From an uncultured archaeon (lineage in GTDB: Archaea > Asgardarchaeota > Thorarchaeia > Thorarchaeales > Thorarchaeaceae): a DNA stretch of 32,000 bases. Positions within the stretch are counted from its first letter, which is position 1. Each line of letters opens with the position of its first letter. The notes below the pieces were generated by a model. That model searched no databases. It saw only the letters and a list, made by a program, of their open reading frames with translations, and had not been told where the DNA came from. A program made the translations under genes and the position numbers. This document shows, in pieces, positions 1 through 9,457 of this stretch. The DNA lies in contig CAYHAA010000001.1 of assembly GCA_964354495.1 (NCBI GenBank), forward strand, positions 338,075 to 370,074. Direction: 5' to 3'.

Positions 1-702
1 GATAGCCAATAGAACAGATGTCACGACAAATATCACAGCGATTCTTTCGAGGGGATAGATAAAAGCAACGCCCACAAACCAACCACCGACAAGCTCCGGA
101 GCATAGCTGGTTACATACACAAAATGATACGCAGCTATGGTCCCACCTACTACACTATCTGCAAGCAAAGCGATGAAACTCAGCAACCACAATGTCAGGA
201 AGTTGAATTCTGGTTTCATCTTGTCATAGTGCATTTCCTTCTTGAGCCACTCCCTAGTCCTAGGGAGGATGAACAATGCAGTAAGAAGCATCGCTACAAG
301 ATGTAGCCAAATGTAGATGTATGCTATTCCGCCAATTGGACTTACTAGAAAAGCTGCGATCGAAAGTCCGTAGATCAGAATCACGATTCCTGGCTTGTTC
401 GTTCTCAGACTTCCAGCTATGAATGCACCTGCGGTTGATGCAACCACAGGCACAATCGGCCCCAAGACTCCACCAATGTTGAAGAGCAAGACTCCTAGCA
501 TTGAACCAATGAATACTGAGATTCCTCCGTAGAGAGGCCCCAACAAGAATCCAATCACAACTCCCGTTACAAGCCCCAGTGAGATGAAGCCTCCTCCGCT
601 GGTCAGAACAAAGAGAGGAAGCATAGTCATTACAAGGTGAAGTGCAGCAAAGACTCCAACTAACGCCCAATAGAATGTGGTCGAATGGGAATGTCCCAGC
701 AT
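1..702 (-). CDS. Polytopic membrane protein, ECF transporter S-component-like (3' end runs off the window)
   Basis: Absent from the ORF track because it has no stop in the window. ATG at 702 is preceded by an in-frame TGA. 234 open codons: MLGHSHSTTFYWALVGVFAALHLVMTMLPLF...GFLLGPLYGGISVFIGSMLG...FIYPLERIAVIF. About 6-7 hydrophobic helices; the G-x-x-x-G-P-x-x-G pattern is typical of S-components. Confidence 0.65.
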   Translation of the reverse strand, partial: MLGHSHSTTFYWALVGVFAALHLVMTMLPLFVLTSGGGFISLGLVTGVVIGFLLGPLYGGISVFIGSMLGVLLFNIGGVLGPIVPVVASTAGAFIAGSLRTNKPGIVILIYGLSIAAFLVSPIGGIAYIYIWLHLVAMLLTALFILPRTREWLKKEMHYDKMKPEFNFLTLWLLSFIALLADSVVGGTIAAYHFVYVTSYAPELVGGWFVGVAFIYPLERIAVIFVVTSVLLAI

Positions 703-822
703 GTTTCAGCCTCTCGAAGATTGCACCAATGAGAATCAGTGGGCAAGTCTAGACGCACGGATTTCCATTTCTACTATTTGAAGCTACTCAAAATCAAAAA
801 GCCCCTGATTGACTCATCACAT

Positions 823-1764
823 TCAACTACTAGATGATGCCGCAATCCAGAAGAACAGACCGCCCAAGATCCACACAAAAAGGCCCGCACCCAGTAGGAC
901 CCCAAGCGTAGCTCCCATCCCGGATGAGCCAAAATTCACATGCATATTCGTGAATGCCTTGAAGCCTCCAACATACTTCGTTTCATAATCGCAGTGGAAT
1001 TCCTTGTCAGTCACTGCCCCACATATCTCACAGACGTATCTGTTTTGAAAGACTGCTCCGAGAACGCTGTCAACATTGCAGCCTATGAAGCCAGTCAATA
1101 CAGTAAGAGGTATGAGGACGTAGATCTGTTCAACTGATGTGACTGCAGGTGCCCAACCCGGTACAAAGACTGAGAAGACAACAGCAATTACCCCGATTAT
1201 AAGACCTGCTAAAAGTGCAACACCCTCACCAAGCAAGGAGACTGCGCCGATTGTTCCGGTTGGTACCTTCCTTCGAAGATTGGTGATTAATCTTGGCTTG
1301 CTCTTGCTGAAGACGCCTAATTCGCTAGCCAAAGTATCCGCGGCTGTAGTTGAAACTGCTCCGACATAACCCCCGAAGAGAAAGAACGGCCAGCCTGCAG
1401 CTGCTAAGTCTGGAACGAAACTTACAAGGTACATGGCGACCGAGAACATCATTGGAATGAGTCCACTTCCGAGTACATTCTTCCATGATCTCTTACCTTT
1501 TCCTTCTTGAGCACAGTTCTTCTGCATTTTTGCCTTGTACTTGTATTTCGTGGCAATCCCTGCACTCATGAAATAGAAAAGCACAATCACGAAGGCTGAA
1601 ACGCCACCTGTGTACCAGATAGTAAATCCCACAATGAAGGCACTGATGAGACCAGAAATATCGACAAAGTGAGCCTTATAGGCTAGCGCTCCGACAGCAC
1701 CCATCACCAATAGTCCGGAAACAGCCGGATGCGCAAGTATCTCAAACATTCCTTTCACATCCAT
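823..1764 (-). CDS. DUF92/TMEM19-family membrane protein (CTP-dependent kinase/cytidylyltransferase-like)
   Basis: Motifs GKRSWKNVLGSG, AADTLASELG, PTGTIGAVSLLG, VDSVLGAVFQ and NMHVNF, plus a C-x2-C...H-C insert (CEICGAVTDKEFHC); multiple TM helices. Confidence 0.85.
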   Translation of the reverse strand: MDVKGMFEILAHPAVSGLLVMGAVGALAYKAHFVDISGLISAFIVGFTIWYTGGVSAFVIVLFYFMSAGIATKYKYKAKMQKNCAQEGKGKRSWKNVLGSGLIPMMFSVAMYLVSFVPDLAAAGWPFFLFGGYVGAVSTTAADTLASELGVFSKSKPRLITNLRRKVPTGTIGAVSLLGEGVALLAGLIIGVIAVVFSVFVPGWAPAVTSVEQIYVLIPLTVLTGFIGCNVDSVLGAVFQNRYVCEICGAVTDKEFHCDYETKYVGGFKAFTNMHVNFGSSGMGATLGVLLGAGLFVWILGGLFFWIAASSSS

Positions 1765-2095
1765 GAATTATCATTAGCTTTGTTTAGGGGAATATCATTG
1801 CAATCTACTTCGAATGCTCTATGAGCATATATCATAACCTAATCTACACCAGATTAACACTCTGCCGTTCGGATTTTGCATTTATAGCTTTGCCTTAGGT
1901 ATAGCTATCCTGCAACCTATCTTCGTCAATATGGTGTCTTTCATAAATAGTTCGACAACAGACGAATAACGAATTGTCAAAGTTTAAATCGGCAATAGTC
2001 GAAATCGCCCTATCATCTAGAATCGTTTCGATGTGCTTTTCTCTTGCCGAACAGAGGATTGTGAATAATCTATGGTCATAGCATCATATGGCCGC

Positions 2096-5000
2096 CTAAT
2101 AGACTGTGAACTGCTTCTTCACTATCTCTACTGCACGATTTGGAAGCGGACGACCGTGTTGCGAGATGACTGCATCTAGGTAGTAGCCTGAAACAACATC
2201 GATGGGTGGGGTCAGCCATCTCACAATCATTGTGTTCTTCTTTCCGCTTCCCAAAGGAATCTCGTACTCCTTGATAATCTCACGTCTTGACATTAGTCTA
2301 AGATTGATTGCCAGGCCCTTCAGATCCTCTCTTGCGCTCTCCACATCCACAACAATATCGACTGGAGTGAGTCTGGCAACAAGACCTGGAATCTCATCAC
2401 CTGTTTCGTTTCTTATTGAAAAGCCGACCTTGAAGAATGGTCTTTCAATAGCCTTGACTTTGAACCGTTGGCTATTCTCATTGGATTGAGTTCCACAAAT
2501 CAGGCTCGCCTTCAAGTGTGCTGTGCTCATTTCTGCACCTAGGGGCACTCTGAATTGGACTGGAATCATTTTTGCTTTTTCAGGTTCTAGGTTGATGTTT
2601 CTCTCAATCAGGCTGAAGTTACCAGCAATTGATTCAAGGCTCACAGAAAGACTGCAATCTGTTGGCTCTACATGGCCGCACTCGATCTGTATTGTCAGCT
2701 GAACCAATTGGTCAGGTAGCGTGTAACTGGGAAGCCCGATGAAATCAATCGCTGCAAAACCTGCCGTGGGACCACCAACGATGTCTATTGTTGCCGAACG
2801 CCGATCCATCTCCATGTCTGCATAGCTGAGCACTGCAACAAGCGAGACCGTCTTTGGGCTTGTCGACGACTGTGGAGCTGGGATTGTGATGGGACCGAAG
2901 GCTAATGATAGGTTCTTGCTCTGTTTTACAGGCTGCCGAAGGACTATGTGCTCCTCACCATCAGGAAACACGAAAGATAGGGAGAGAATAGCTGGGTCTC
3001 CCTGCTCCATATTCCTTCGGATTCGCAACCATCCTGACACCTTGCCTCCGATGTGAGAACGTTGGGGAACTCGAAGTGAGTCTAGATTGATGCGAGTCGC
3101 GATTTGATCTATACTGAATCTGTCCGACTCGGCTGATGCTATGAGACTTCCCCTCTCAATTACGCGAGTGCGAATTACACCAACTCTGTCGGACTGAGTC
3201 ATCTTCTCCACATGAGGGACTCTCCACCGAAAAGTCGCTGTTCTGCCCATGAACTCCCCGTATTGCAGGCTTTCAATTTCAGTCGACTTCTCTGATTCTG
3301 AATAATAGTCAACAATCATCCTTGCTGATGTTCCAATCACCTTGCTCCTATCACTTACAACTACACTCCCCGTCACGAATTCGCCAGGCATGTAACTGCT
3401 TTTCAAATCTGATTCTAGGATGGCTTGCGGCCCCCTTCTCACAAATCCCACGTAGAAGGGCTTTGATGTTCCTTCAGCTATTTCCATATTCTCTTCGTTA
3501 AGCAAGCGAATCTGGAGAACACATCTCTCAACACCTTCAGCAGCATCCGGTGGAATTAACAGAGGCGGCAGGTGTGAACTCTCAAGGACCGTGATTTCTC
3601 CTCCCTCAATCTCTAGCATCTCTCTAGTTCCGACTATGACGCGTTCGAGATTGGGTGCCAGTATATTGATTTGACAGCTGACGAATGATTTCGAAGGATA
3701 ATTGGTTTCGATTTCTCCGACAAAAAGAACAGGCGTCTTGCCGTCTGCAAACTGAGTTGTCGTGCCTGGTCTGATTGATGCACTCATCCAATACGTGTTG
3801 ATAGTACTAGTAAAACTGATCTGGCGGCCTGCAAAGCCCACTTCCGCAATTACGTTGTAGGCAGTTGTGTCCTTTCGAGTTCTGAAGACAACTCGGGAAA
3901 CATGGATTTCTCCCGCTTCGATTCTGTCAACTGTCAGGACATTGCCATCCACAGTATTCCTGCGAGAGTCTTCTATTGAGTACTTCACAGTCAGGCTCTC
4001 GAGGCTTCTACCAGTACTATTGCGGACGAGGATGTTGAATTCTGCCTCTTGACCCGCGAATGCTCTATCAGAGTCTATGACGATTTCAGGTTCAAGCCCC
4101 TTCCACCAACATAGCCACGTAGGAAGATGCGGGGCTCCTTCAATTGGATCGTAGAGCCAGTTGGTGCTACATTCTCTCGTGACCTCTGCTAGACGTTTCA
4201 AGAGTGCAACCATATTGAAATCGGATTTTGCAAATACATCGAGCTGAAAGTCTGCCTCAGTTGTCCTCGGATTTACGTACTCACTTCCGAATATCGAAAC
4301 GAGCAATGCTTGAATGAATGGATTCTCAACAACCTTGAGGTCGTCCAGCTCATCGCGAATCAGGTAGAGCATTGAAACAACGGCGTCTCCAATGTATCTG
4401 TTCCGTCGTGTTGAATCAATAATGCCTAAGTCAGACACTTGATGATTGTAGACTGTAAGGAAATCATCCTCACCCTCGCCAGGCTTGAATGGACCCCAGA
4501 GTCCGGCAGCCACTGCAGAGGCTCTATTTGCGCTTAGTGATTTTGCACCAACATCTAGCACTCTCTGGCCTTGATTGACCATGCGTTTAGCTTTTAGAGC
4601 AAGAGCTTGGAGGATTAGTGCTAGTCCCATCCTTCTTGGAATACTCAGCTGAGTATCAAACACTCGAAGTTCAATCGTTCCGTAGTCTGTGTACGGATAG
4701 CAGTCTACCATTCTTGCATAGCTTCTGTTTACATGCTTTGCAAATGCTTCCTTGTCTGCTATCCTGATGTATGGAATCATCTCAAACTCGTTAGTTGGAC
4801 CCATTTGTGTTGTGTTCTTGAACAGCCTAATTGATCTCTTGCAACGGGGTGCACGGAACACGCCTTTGTCATCTATCGTTATTTCATCGCTTGTCTTCTT
4901 GTTTTCAAATGGCGAATTCACGGATAATGCAATGAGATGCGGAATGAAATTGCGGATCATGTTATAGACAGCGATTTTGGTGGTTTCATCAACTTCCGGG

Positions 5001-5521
5001 CTGAGAATGTGATGGTGTTCACCAAATGACAGATTGCGTAGGTACTCCTGTGTTGGATTCAGGCCAGTCGATATGAGAACCGCTTGGGAATCCTTGGGTA
5101 TGGACTCATATGAGATAGCTATCAATGTCTGTATCCACCATGCAAGCTCTTCGAGTGTCGTGCACGGAGGCGTTGCGACTTCCAGAATCCAGGTCAGGCT
5201 GACAACATTCGGGTCATGTCCCAGGAGAGTATATTCCCTTAGCTGTCCCGCAGGATTCTTATACGTGGCAACTATTCGTGAACCTCGTTCTCCTTCTTCT
5301 GTCTGCGCAGAATGATCATATTTCTGTCTGACAGTTTCCACTGATGAGGACCTGATTTTCTTGTCAAGAAGCCCCTTTGCGCTTGAGACTATCTTGTCGA
5401 ACAGATCTAAGACGTCTTCTCCACGAATCCAAGTACCATCTTTGCGAATGACCTGAAGTTCAACCTCTATGCCATGAGGAAAGGGCAACTGCATCTCTGA
5501 ATCACTTGAGGTCGATGTCAT
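2096..5521 (-). CDS. Glutamate-cysteine ligase family 2 (GCS2/YbdK-type carboxylate-amine ligase) fused to about six C-terminal beta-sandwich (Ig-like) domains, 1141 aa
   Basis: GIEVELQ (ExE), LEVATPPC, STGLNP, FGEHHH, IPHLIALSVNSPF, RSIR and YGTIELRVFD match the GCS2 catalytic motifs. The C-terminal ~665 aa is strand-rich with repeated domain-start and domain-end patterns. ATG at 5521 is preferred over GTG 5530 because AGGTG lies just upstream. Confidence 0.85.
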   Translation of the reverse strand: MTSTSSDSEMQLPFPHGIEVELQVIRKDGTWIRGEDVLDLFDKIVSSAKGLLDKKIRSSSVETVRQKYDHSAQTEEGERGSRIVATYKNPAGQLREYTLLGHDPNVVSLTWILEVATPPCTTLEELAWWIQTLIAISYESIPKDSQAVLISTGLNPTQEYLRNLSFGEHHHILSPEVDETTKIAVYNMIRNFIPHLIALSVNSPFENKKTSDEITIDDKGVFRAPRCKRSIRLFKNTTQMGPTNEFEMIPYIRIADKEAFAKHVNRSYARMVDCYPYTDYGTIELRVFDTQLSIPRRMGLALILQALALKAKRMVNQGQRVLDVGAKSLSANRASAVAAGLWGPFKPGEGEDDFLTVYNHQVSDLGIIDSTRRNRYIGDAVVSMLYLIRDELDDLKVVENPFIQALLVSIFGSEYVNPRTTEADFQLDVFAKSDFNMVALLKRLAEVTRECSTNWLYDPIEGAPHLPTWLCWWKGLEPEIVIDSDRAFAGQEAEFNILVRNSTGRSLESLTVKYSIEDSRRNTVDGNVLTVDRIEAGEIHVSRVVFRTRKDTTAYNVIAEVGFAGRQISFTSTINTYWMSASIRPGTTTQFADGKTPVLFVGEIETNYPSKSFVSCQINILAPNLERVIVGTREMLEIEGGEITVLESSHLPPLLIPPDAAEGVERCVLQIRLLNEENMEIAEGTSKPFYVGFVRRGPQAILESDLKSSYMPGEFVTGSVVVSDRSKVIGTSARMIVDYYSESEKSTEIESLQYGEFMGRTATFRWRVPHVEKMTQSDRVGVIRTRVIERGSLIASAESDRFSIDQIATRINLDSLRVPQRSHIGGKVSGWLRIRRNMEQGDPAILSLSFVFPDGEEHIVLRQPVKQSKNLSLAFGPITIPAPQSSTSPKTVSLVAVLSYADMEMDRRSATIDIVGGPTAGFAAIDFIGLPSYTLPDQLVQLTIQIECGHVEPTDCSLSVSLESIAGNFSLIERNINLEPEKAKMIPVQFRVPLGAEMSTAHLKASLICGTQSNENSQRFKVKAIERPFFKVGFSIRNETGDEIPGLVARLTPVDIVVDVESAREDLKGLAINLRLMSRREIIKEYEIPLGSGKKNTMIVRWLTPPIDVVSGYYLDAVISQHGRPLPNRAVEIVKKQFTVY

Positions 5522-5530
5522 TCTTAACAC

Positions 5531-6202
5531 CTAGTGGGTCGTGGTGGCTTCGAGAATTTCTGCAATCTTGGGTACATTCCCTGCAAGTGTTGAGGAGAGC
5601 GTCATTTCTAGAACCACAACATTTCCAATATCTCTTGCCAATTCAGTCAGCTTGTATGTGAGCAATCCTCCCCCGAATTCACCATCATCCTCAAGCACTT
5701 GGAGGTTCAGCTCTCTGAGCTTCTCCTTGAATGTCGATATCTCTTTCGCATTACCATATCTGTATCTTGTTCCTAGGATTACTGCTTTGCTGCTATCTAT
5801 GACAGCAGGTAATGACGACCACCTCAGATTGATTATCAGTTTGGATGTCTTGAGTTTGAGCTGTGCTCTGATGATCTTCATGATGGAATCACATGTCGCT
5901 GGTGATTCGCTTCGGTCTGAGTCTTTTATGATGACCGGCAATCTGAACCCTTTCCCTCTAAGCCCCTCAAACGCGTCGTGAATTGGATCGCCCTTGATGT
6001 CGGCGGTCAACGCACATACAATGCCAGTTATTGAACCCTGAACTAACAGACCACTTGTAGAGATGTCATCTACTCGCAGGTTGCTTTCAATGGATTCCAG
6101 ACTAGTGTGGAGACTGGATAGTCGCTGTAAGAGACTGCCAAGAATCTGCTCTGCCCTTTCTAGTTCTCGGAAAAGGTCTGCTCCTTCACTAGCACTGGTC
6201 AT
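5531..6202 (-). CDS. N-terminal coiled coil plus degenerate N-formylglutamate amidohydrolase (FGase)-like fold, probably catalytically inactive
   Basis: C-terminal half follows the FGase pattern (LIINLRW ~ lldlHS; VILGT; EFGGGLLT ~ PyxGGxit; VVLEM ~ aiQiE), but the His metal ligands are missing. The stop lies 9 nt before the ligase ATG. Confidence 0.55.
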   Translation of the reverse strand: MTSASEGADLFRELERAEQILGSLLQRLSSLHTSLESIESNLRVDDISTSGLLVQGSITGIVCALTADIKGDPIHDAFEGLRGKGFRLPVIIKDSDRSESPATCDSIMKIIRAQLKLKTSKLIINLRWSSLPAVIDSSKAVILGTRYRYGNAKEISTFKEKLRELNLQVLEDDGEFGGGLLTYKLTELARDIGNVVVLEMTLSSTLAGNVPKIAEILEATTTH

Positions 6203-6221
6203 TGATAGGTACCACTCTCTG

Positions 6222-6227
6222 AATAAA
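6222..6227 (-). promoter_or_regulatory. Putative TATA box for a (near-)leaderless transcript of the FGase-like/ligase operon
   Basis: TTTATT about 20-25 nt upstream of ATG 6202; no SD before that ATG. Confidence 0.4.
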
Positions 6228-6294
6228 GCTCAACAAGCAACAGCTCCCCTCACTCGTTATTATCTTTCCTAGTTCAATGCAGTTCTAAGGAGGA

Positions 6295-6732
6295 TTAAAC
6301 ATCTGCAATCAGGCTCATCAACTCATCAATCTTTGCCCTAAGTTCCTTCAGACGATACCAAGTTGACTCACGCCCACTTTGATCTGCAAGTTTCCTAACG
6401 ATGATACCATAGTCAACGCCAGCAAGGTCTCCTAGCAAGATGAGTGCACTCTTTGACTTGAAGTGAGTTTCGTTCACTCTGCCGTTTCTGAACCTAGTGA
6501 CTAGAGGTTCAAGCGCTCGTTCGGCCGAATCTATCTCGATTAATGCACCGCGGTAGTTGCTCTTTGGGTCCTTTATGGCATACCCTCCGACCAAAGGAGT
6601 CATTCCAACGCCTAATGACCCTTTCCCGATATCATCAAGTATGTCCATAGCTTTCTGGTAAAACTCATCACCGTCAACTAGACACTTCTTGATTGCACTC
6701 AAGATTCGAGGTCGTTCGATGGAGTCGGTCAT
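6295..6732 (-). CDS. Hypothetical alpha-helical protein, 145 aa
   Basis: Strong SD GAGGTGA before ATG 6732 (MTDSIERPRIL...). The longer ORF-track start overlaps the oppF terminator. No recognised motif. Confidence 0.7.
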   Translation of the reverse strand: MTDSIERPRILSAIKKCLVDGDEFYQKAMDILDDIGKGSLGVGMTPLVGGYAIKDPKSNYRGALIEIDSAERALEPLVTRFRNGRVNETHFKSKSALILLGDLAGVDYGIIVRKLADQSGRESTWYRLKELRAKIDELMSLIADV

Positions 6733-6757
6733 CAGATCACCTCGGTGAGAAGTGTAG

Positions 6758-6799
6758 AAAAAGGAAGTGGATACGGGTGCATCAAGGGTCACACCCGTA
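6758..6799 (-). terminator. Hairpin + pyrimidine spacer + oligo-T after oppF
   Basis: TACGGGTG/CACCCGTA 8-bp stem (6772-6779 with 6792-6799), then TCCACTTCC and TTTTT on the minus strand. Confidence 0.55.
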
Positions 6800-6808
6800 A
6801 TTCAGATT

Positions 6809-7870
6809 CTATAATTGGACTTCCGGTAGCTCACCAGCAAAGTGGCATGCCACAACATGCCCTTCACCTACATCTCTGTCTTCGGGGACCTCTCTCACGC
6901 AGATTTCCTGCGCATATGGACACCTTGGATGGAACCGGCAACCTGAAGGCACATTTATGGGACTTGGAGGTTCTCCCTTCAAGGATTCGATACGTCGTTT
7001 GATAGTGGGGTCTCCAGAAGGCACTGCTGAAATCAGTGCTCGAGTGTACGGATGCAGTGGACTGAAAGCTACATCGTGCGCTGGCCCCAGCTCCATGACT
7101 CTCCCTAGATACATGATTCCGATTCTATCAGCAATATAGGTTGCGACAGCCAGGTCATGGGTGATAAACAGATACGTGAGTCCAAGCTCCTCACGCAGAT
7201 TCAGCAATAGGTTCAGGATTTCTGCCCTTATTGACACGTCAAGCATTGAAACAGGCTCATCAGCCACCATGAACTCAGGATGCAGCATGAGAGCCCTGGC
7301 AACTGATATTCTCTGTCTCTGTCCTCCTGAGAGCTCATGAGGATACCTGTCAATATAGTCCTCTGCCGGAGTAAGGGCAACGCTCTCCAGTGCCTCGAGG
7401 ACTCTCAGACGTCTTTGGCTCGGCGTTAGAGGCATCTTGTGAACCATAAGTGGCTCTTGCACTATACTAAAGACACTCTGCTTCGGGTTAAGGGACTCGT
7501 AGGGATCTTGGAATGTAATCTGCATGCGCTTCCTGAGTTCCTTGATCTCATTTCTGTCAAGAGTCGCCAAGTTCTGGCCCGCGTAGATTACCTCTCCATC
7601 AGTAGGGATTTCTAAGTGTAGGATGCATCTGCCCGTTGTGGTCTTCCCGCAACCAGATTCTCCTGCTAGAACAAGTATCTCCCCTTTCTTGATATCGAAA
7701 GTCACTCCGTCTACTGCCTTCACGAAGAGCTCTTGTCTGTACAACATCGATGATAGGAACCCTGTGTTGACTGCAAACCATTTTCGCATGTTCTTAACAG
7801 CTATTAGAGTGCTACCGTTCTTGACATCAACGGAACCCTGTAGAATTCTTGATTCATCTGTAGTCATCAT
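6809..7870 (-). CDS. oppF: Oligopeptide/dipeptide ABC transporter ATP-binding protein (OppF/DppF type)
   Basis: Walker [26 protein letters not shown], Walker B MVADEP, C-terminal HPYT...GCRFHPRC...ACH. Confidence 0.92.
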   Translation of the reverse strand: MMTTDESRILQGSVDVKNGSTLIAVKNMRKWFAVNTGFLSSMLYRQELFVKAVDGVTFDIKKGEILVLAGESGCGKTTTGRCILHLEIPTDGEVIYAGQNLATLDRNEIKELRKRMQITFQDPYESLNPKQSVFSIVQEPLMVHKMPLTPSQRRLRVLEALESVALTPAEDYIDRYPHELSGGQRQRISVARALMLHPEFMVADEPVSMLDVSIRAEILNLLLNLREELGLTYLFITHDLAVATYIADRIGIMYLGRVMELGPAHDVAFSPLHPYTRALISAVPSGDPTIKRRIESLKGEPPSPINVPSGCRFHPRCPYAQEICVREVPEDRDVGEGHVVACHFAGELPEVQL

Positions 7871-7873
7871 CTA

Positions 7874-8863
7874 TCACTCCAAGTCTACTTCAATCTCGCC
7901 TCTAAGCTGCTCAGCAAAGTGACAGGAAACAAACCTACCCGGTTCGACCTCCAGAGCCTGCGGGTCCTCTTTTGAACAAATGTCCTGCGCATATGGACAT
8001 CGAGGATGGAACCGGCAACCCGTCGGCGGCGAAATCAGATCTGGCGGAGACCCCGGAATCGAAGTCAGTTTCTTCTTCTCTGCCTTCACCATACTCGGAA
8101 TCGCACCTACTAGACCAGTAGCGTATGGATGAATTGGGTCCTTGAATACCGATACAACATCGGCCAGCTCTACAATCTTACCTGCATACATGATTGCAGT
8201 CTTGTCGCAGGTCTCTGCTATGACACTGAGGTCATGCGTAATCAAAATGAGTGATAAGCCAAGGTCCTTCTGGAGCTTCTGCATGAGCTTCAGAATTTGT
8301 GCTTGGATTGTGACATCAAGCGCGGTGGTTGGCTCATCAGCAATGACGAGATCTGGATTGCATGCAAGAGCCATGGCTATCATTGCTCTTTGGCGCATTC
8401 CTCCTGAAAACTCGTGGGGGTAGTTGTGAATGCGCCCCGGATCAAGACCAACCATCTCGAAGAGCTTGGCGCAACGGTCTAGTGCCTCTTCCTCGGTCAC
8501 GTTCTCATGCATCAAGATTGCTTCTGCAATCTGTTCTCCTATCTCAAACACGGGATTCAGTGCGTTCATGGCTCCTTGGAAGACGATAGCTACGTTCTTC
8601 CATCGGATGTCACGCATCTCCTTAGCGGTCTTGCGGATTAGGTCGTCACCCTTGAAGTACACGTTTCCGCCAACGATGTTTGCCGCAGGTGGGAGAAGCT
8701 GCATGATTGAATATGCCAAGCTTGACTTTCCACAACCGCTCTCCCCCGCAAGTCCGATGGACTCACCGGGCTCCAGCATCAAGGAAACGTTGTCGACTGC
8801 TTTTACAAGACCCTTCTGTGTTTGGTAATACATCCTAAGATTACGAATGTCCAGCAGGGGCAT
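7874..8863 (-). CDS. oppD: Oligopeptide/dipeptide ABC transporter ATP-binding protein (OppD/DppD type)
   Basis: [45 protein letters not shown]. Start taken at ATG 8863 (MPLLDIRNL) after SD GGAGTG. Confidence 0.92.
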   Translation of the reverse strand: MPLLDIRNLRMYYQTQKGLVKAVDNVSLMLEPGESIGLAGESGCGKSSLAYSIMQLLPPAANIVGGNVYFKGDDLIRKTAKEMRDIRWKNVAIVFQGAMNALNPVFEIGEQIAEAILMHENVTEEEALDRCAKLFEMVGLDPGRIHNYPHEFSGGMRQRAMIAMALACNPDLVIADEPTTALDVTIQAQILKLMQKLQKDLGLSLILITHDLSVIAETCDKTAIMYAGKIVELADVVSVFKDPIHPYATGLVGAIPSMVKAEKKKLTSIPGSPPDLISPPTGCRFHPRCPYAQDICSKEDPQALEVEPGRFVSCHFAEQLRGEIEVDLE

Positions 8864-9232
8864 GATTGTACACTCCATCGAGCCAAAAATGGCCCTGGGC
8901 AGGGCATTTGCCTCACCCTTCTTGGGATACCGCTGCCATGAGGTCGGCTTAAATATGTTGCTTTCAAAGACATTCGTCCGAAGGCCGTCTGACACTGGCA
9001 TGCCCACTGGTACCAGATGCCAATCACGAAAGTGAAGCTATCTTTACATCTGCCATATCGGAGCTTGGGTCAAGGCTCTTGTTCGATTAGAAAGAGTAAA
9101 AGCACTTTGATGTATAGTCGCCACTGAACAAAGATGTCAGGAATGACAATAAGATCCTTTCCAAGGACTCAGAATAGACCTCAGAAGCGAATTCTCTTGA
9201 TTCCCTTCATTCTTATGATAGGTGGTTGGACT

Positions 9233-9457
9233 ATGACATTTGTCCACTTCCTCCAGTTCCTAGGAACCATCATTGCCATGACAGGAGCACTGACAACATT
9301 CCTAGTGGGGGCATTGTATGCAGATCTCTGGGCTTCACATCGAAGGACACAACAGATGATAGAAGAACGCCAAGAAGAAGGTCGCGAAACTCCTGATGTC
9401 ACTGCGGATATTCCACCAGCTGAAGATCCTTTTGAAGAGACCTATGGTGAAGAGTAA
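9233..9457 (+). CDS. Small single-pass membrane protein with an acidic tail, 74 aa
   Basis: SD AGGTGG before ATG 9233; hydrophobic segment FLQFLGTIIAMTGALTTFLVGALY followed by an E/D/P-rich tail. Confidence 0.55.
   Translation: MTFVHFLQFLGTIIAMTGALTTFLVGALYADLWASHRRTQQMIEERQEEGRETPDVTADIPPAEDPFEETYGEE

Noticed and set aside
260-670. 136-aa minus-strand ORF and 60-aa plus-strand ORF (124-306) in the ORF track
   Set aside because: Alternative frames over the real membrane-protein CDS at 702..1.
2096-5521. Simple gshA/egtA annotation (glutathione or ergothioneine synthesis)
   Set aside because: No gshB or egt genes nearby, and more than half of the protein is unexplained by that function.
8864-9007. 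N-terminal extensions in the ORF track (oppD; likewise PGI/PMI 17247-17303, histone 30916-31032, Snf7 23149-23193)
   Set aside because: They run through promoter or SD sequence; downstream starts have clear SD/TATA spacing and match family N-termini.
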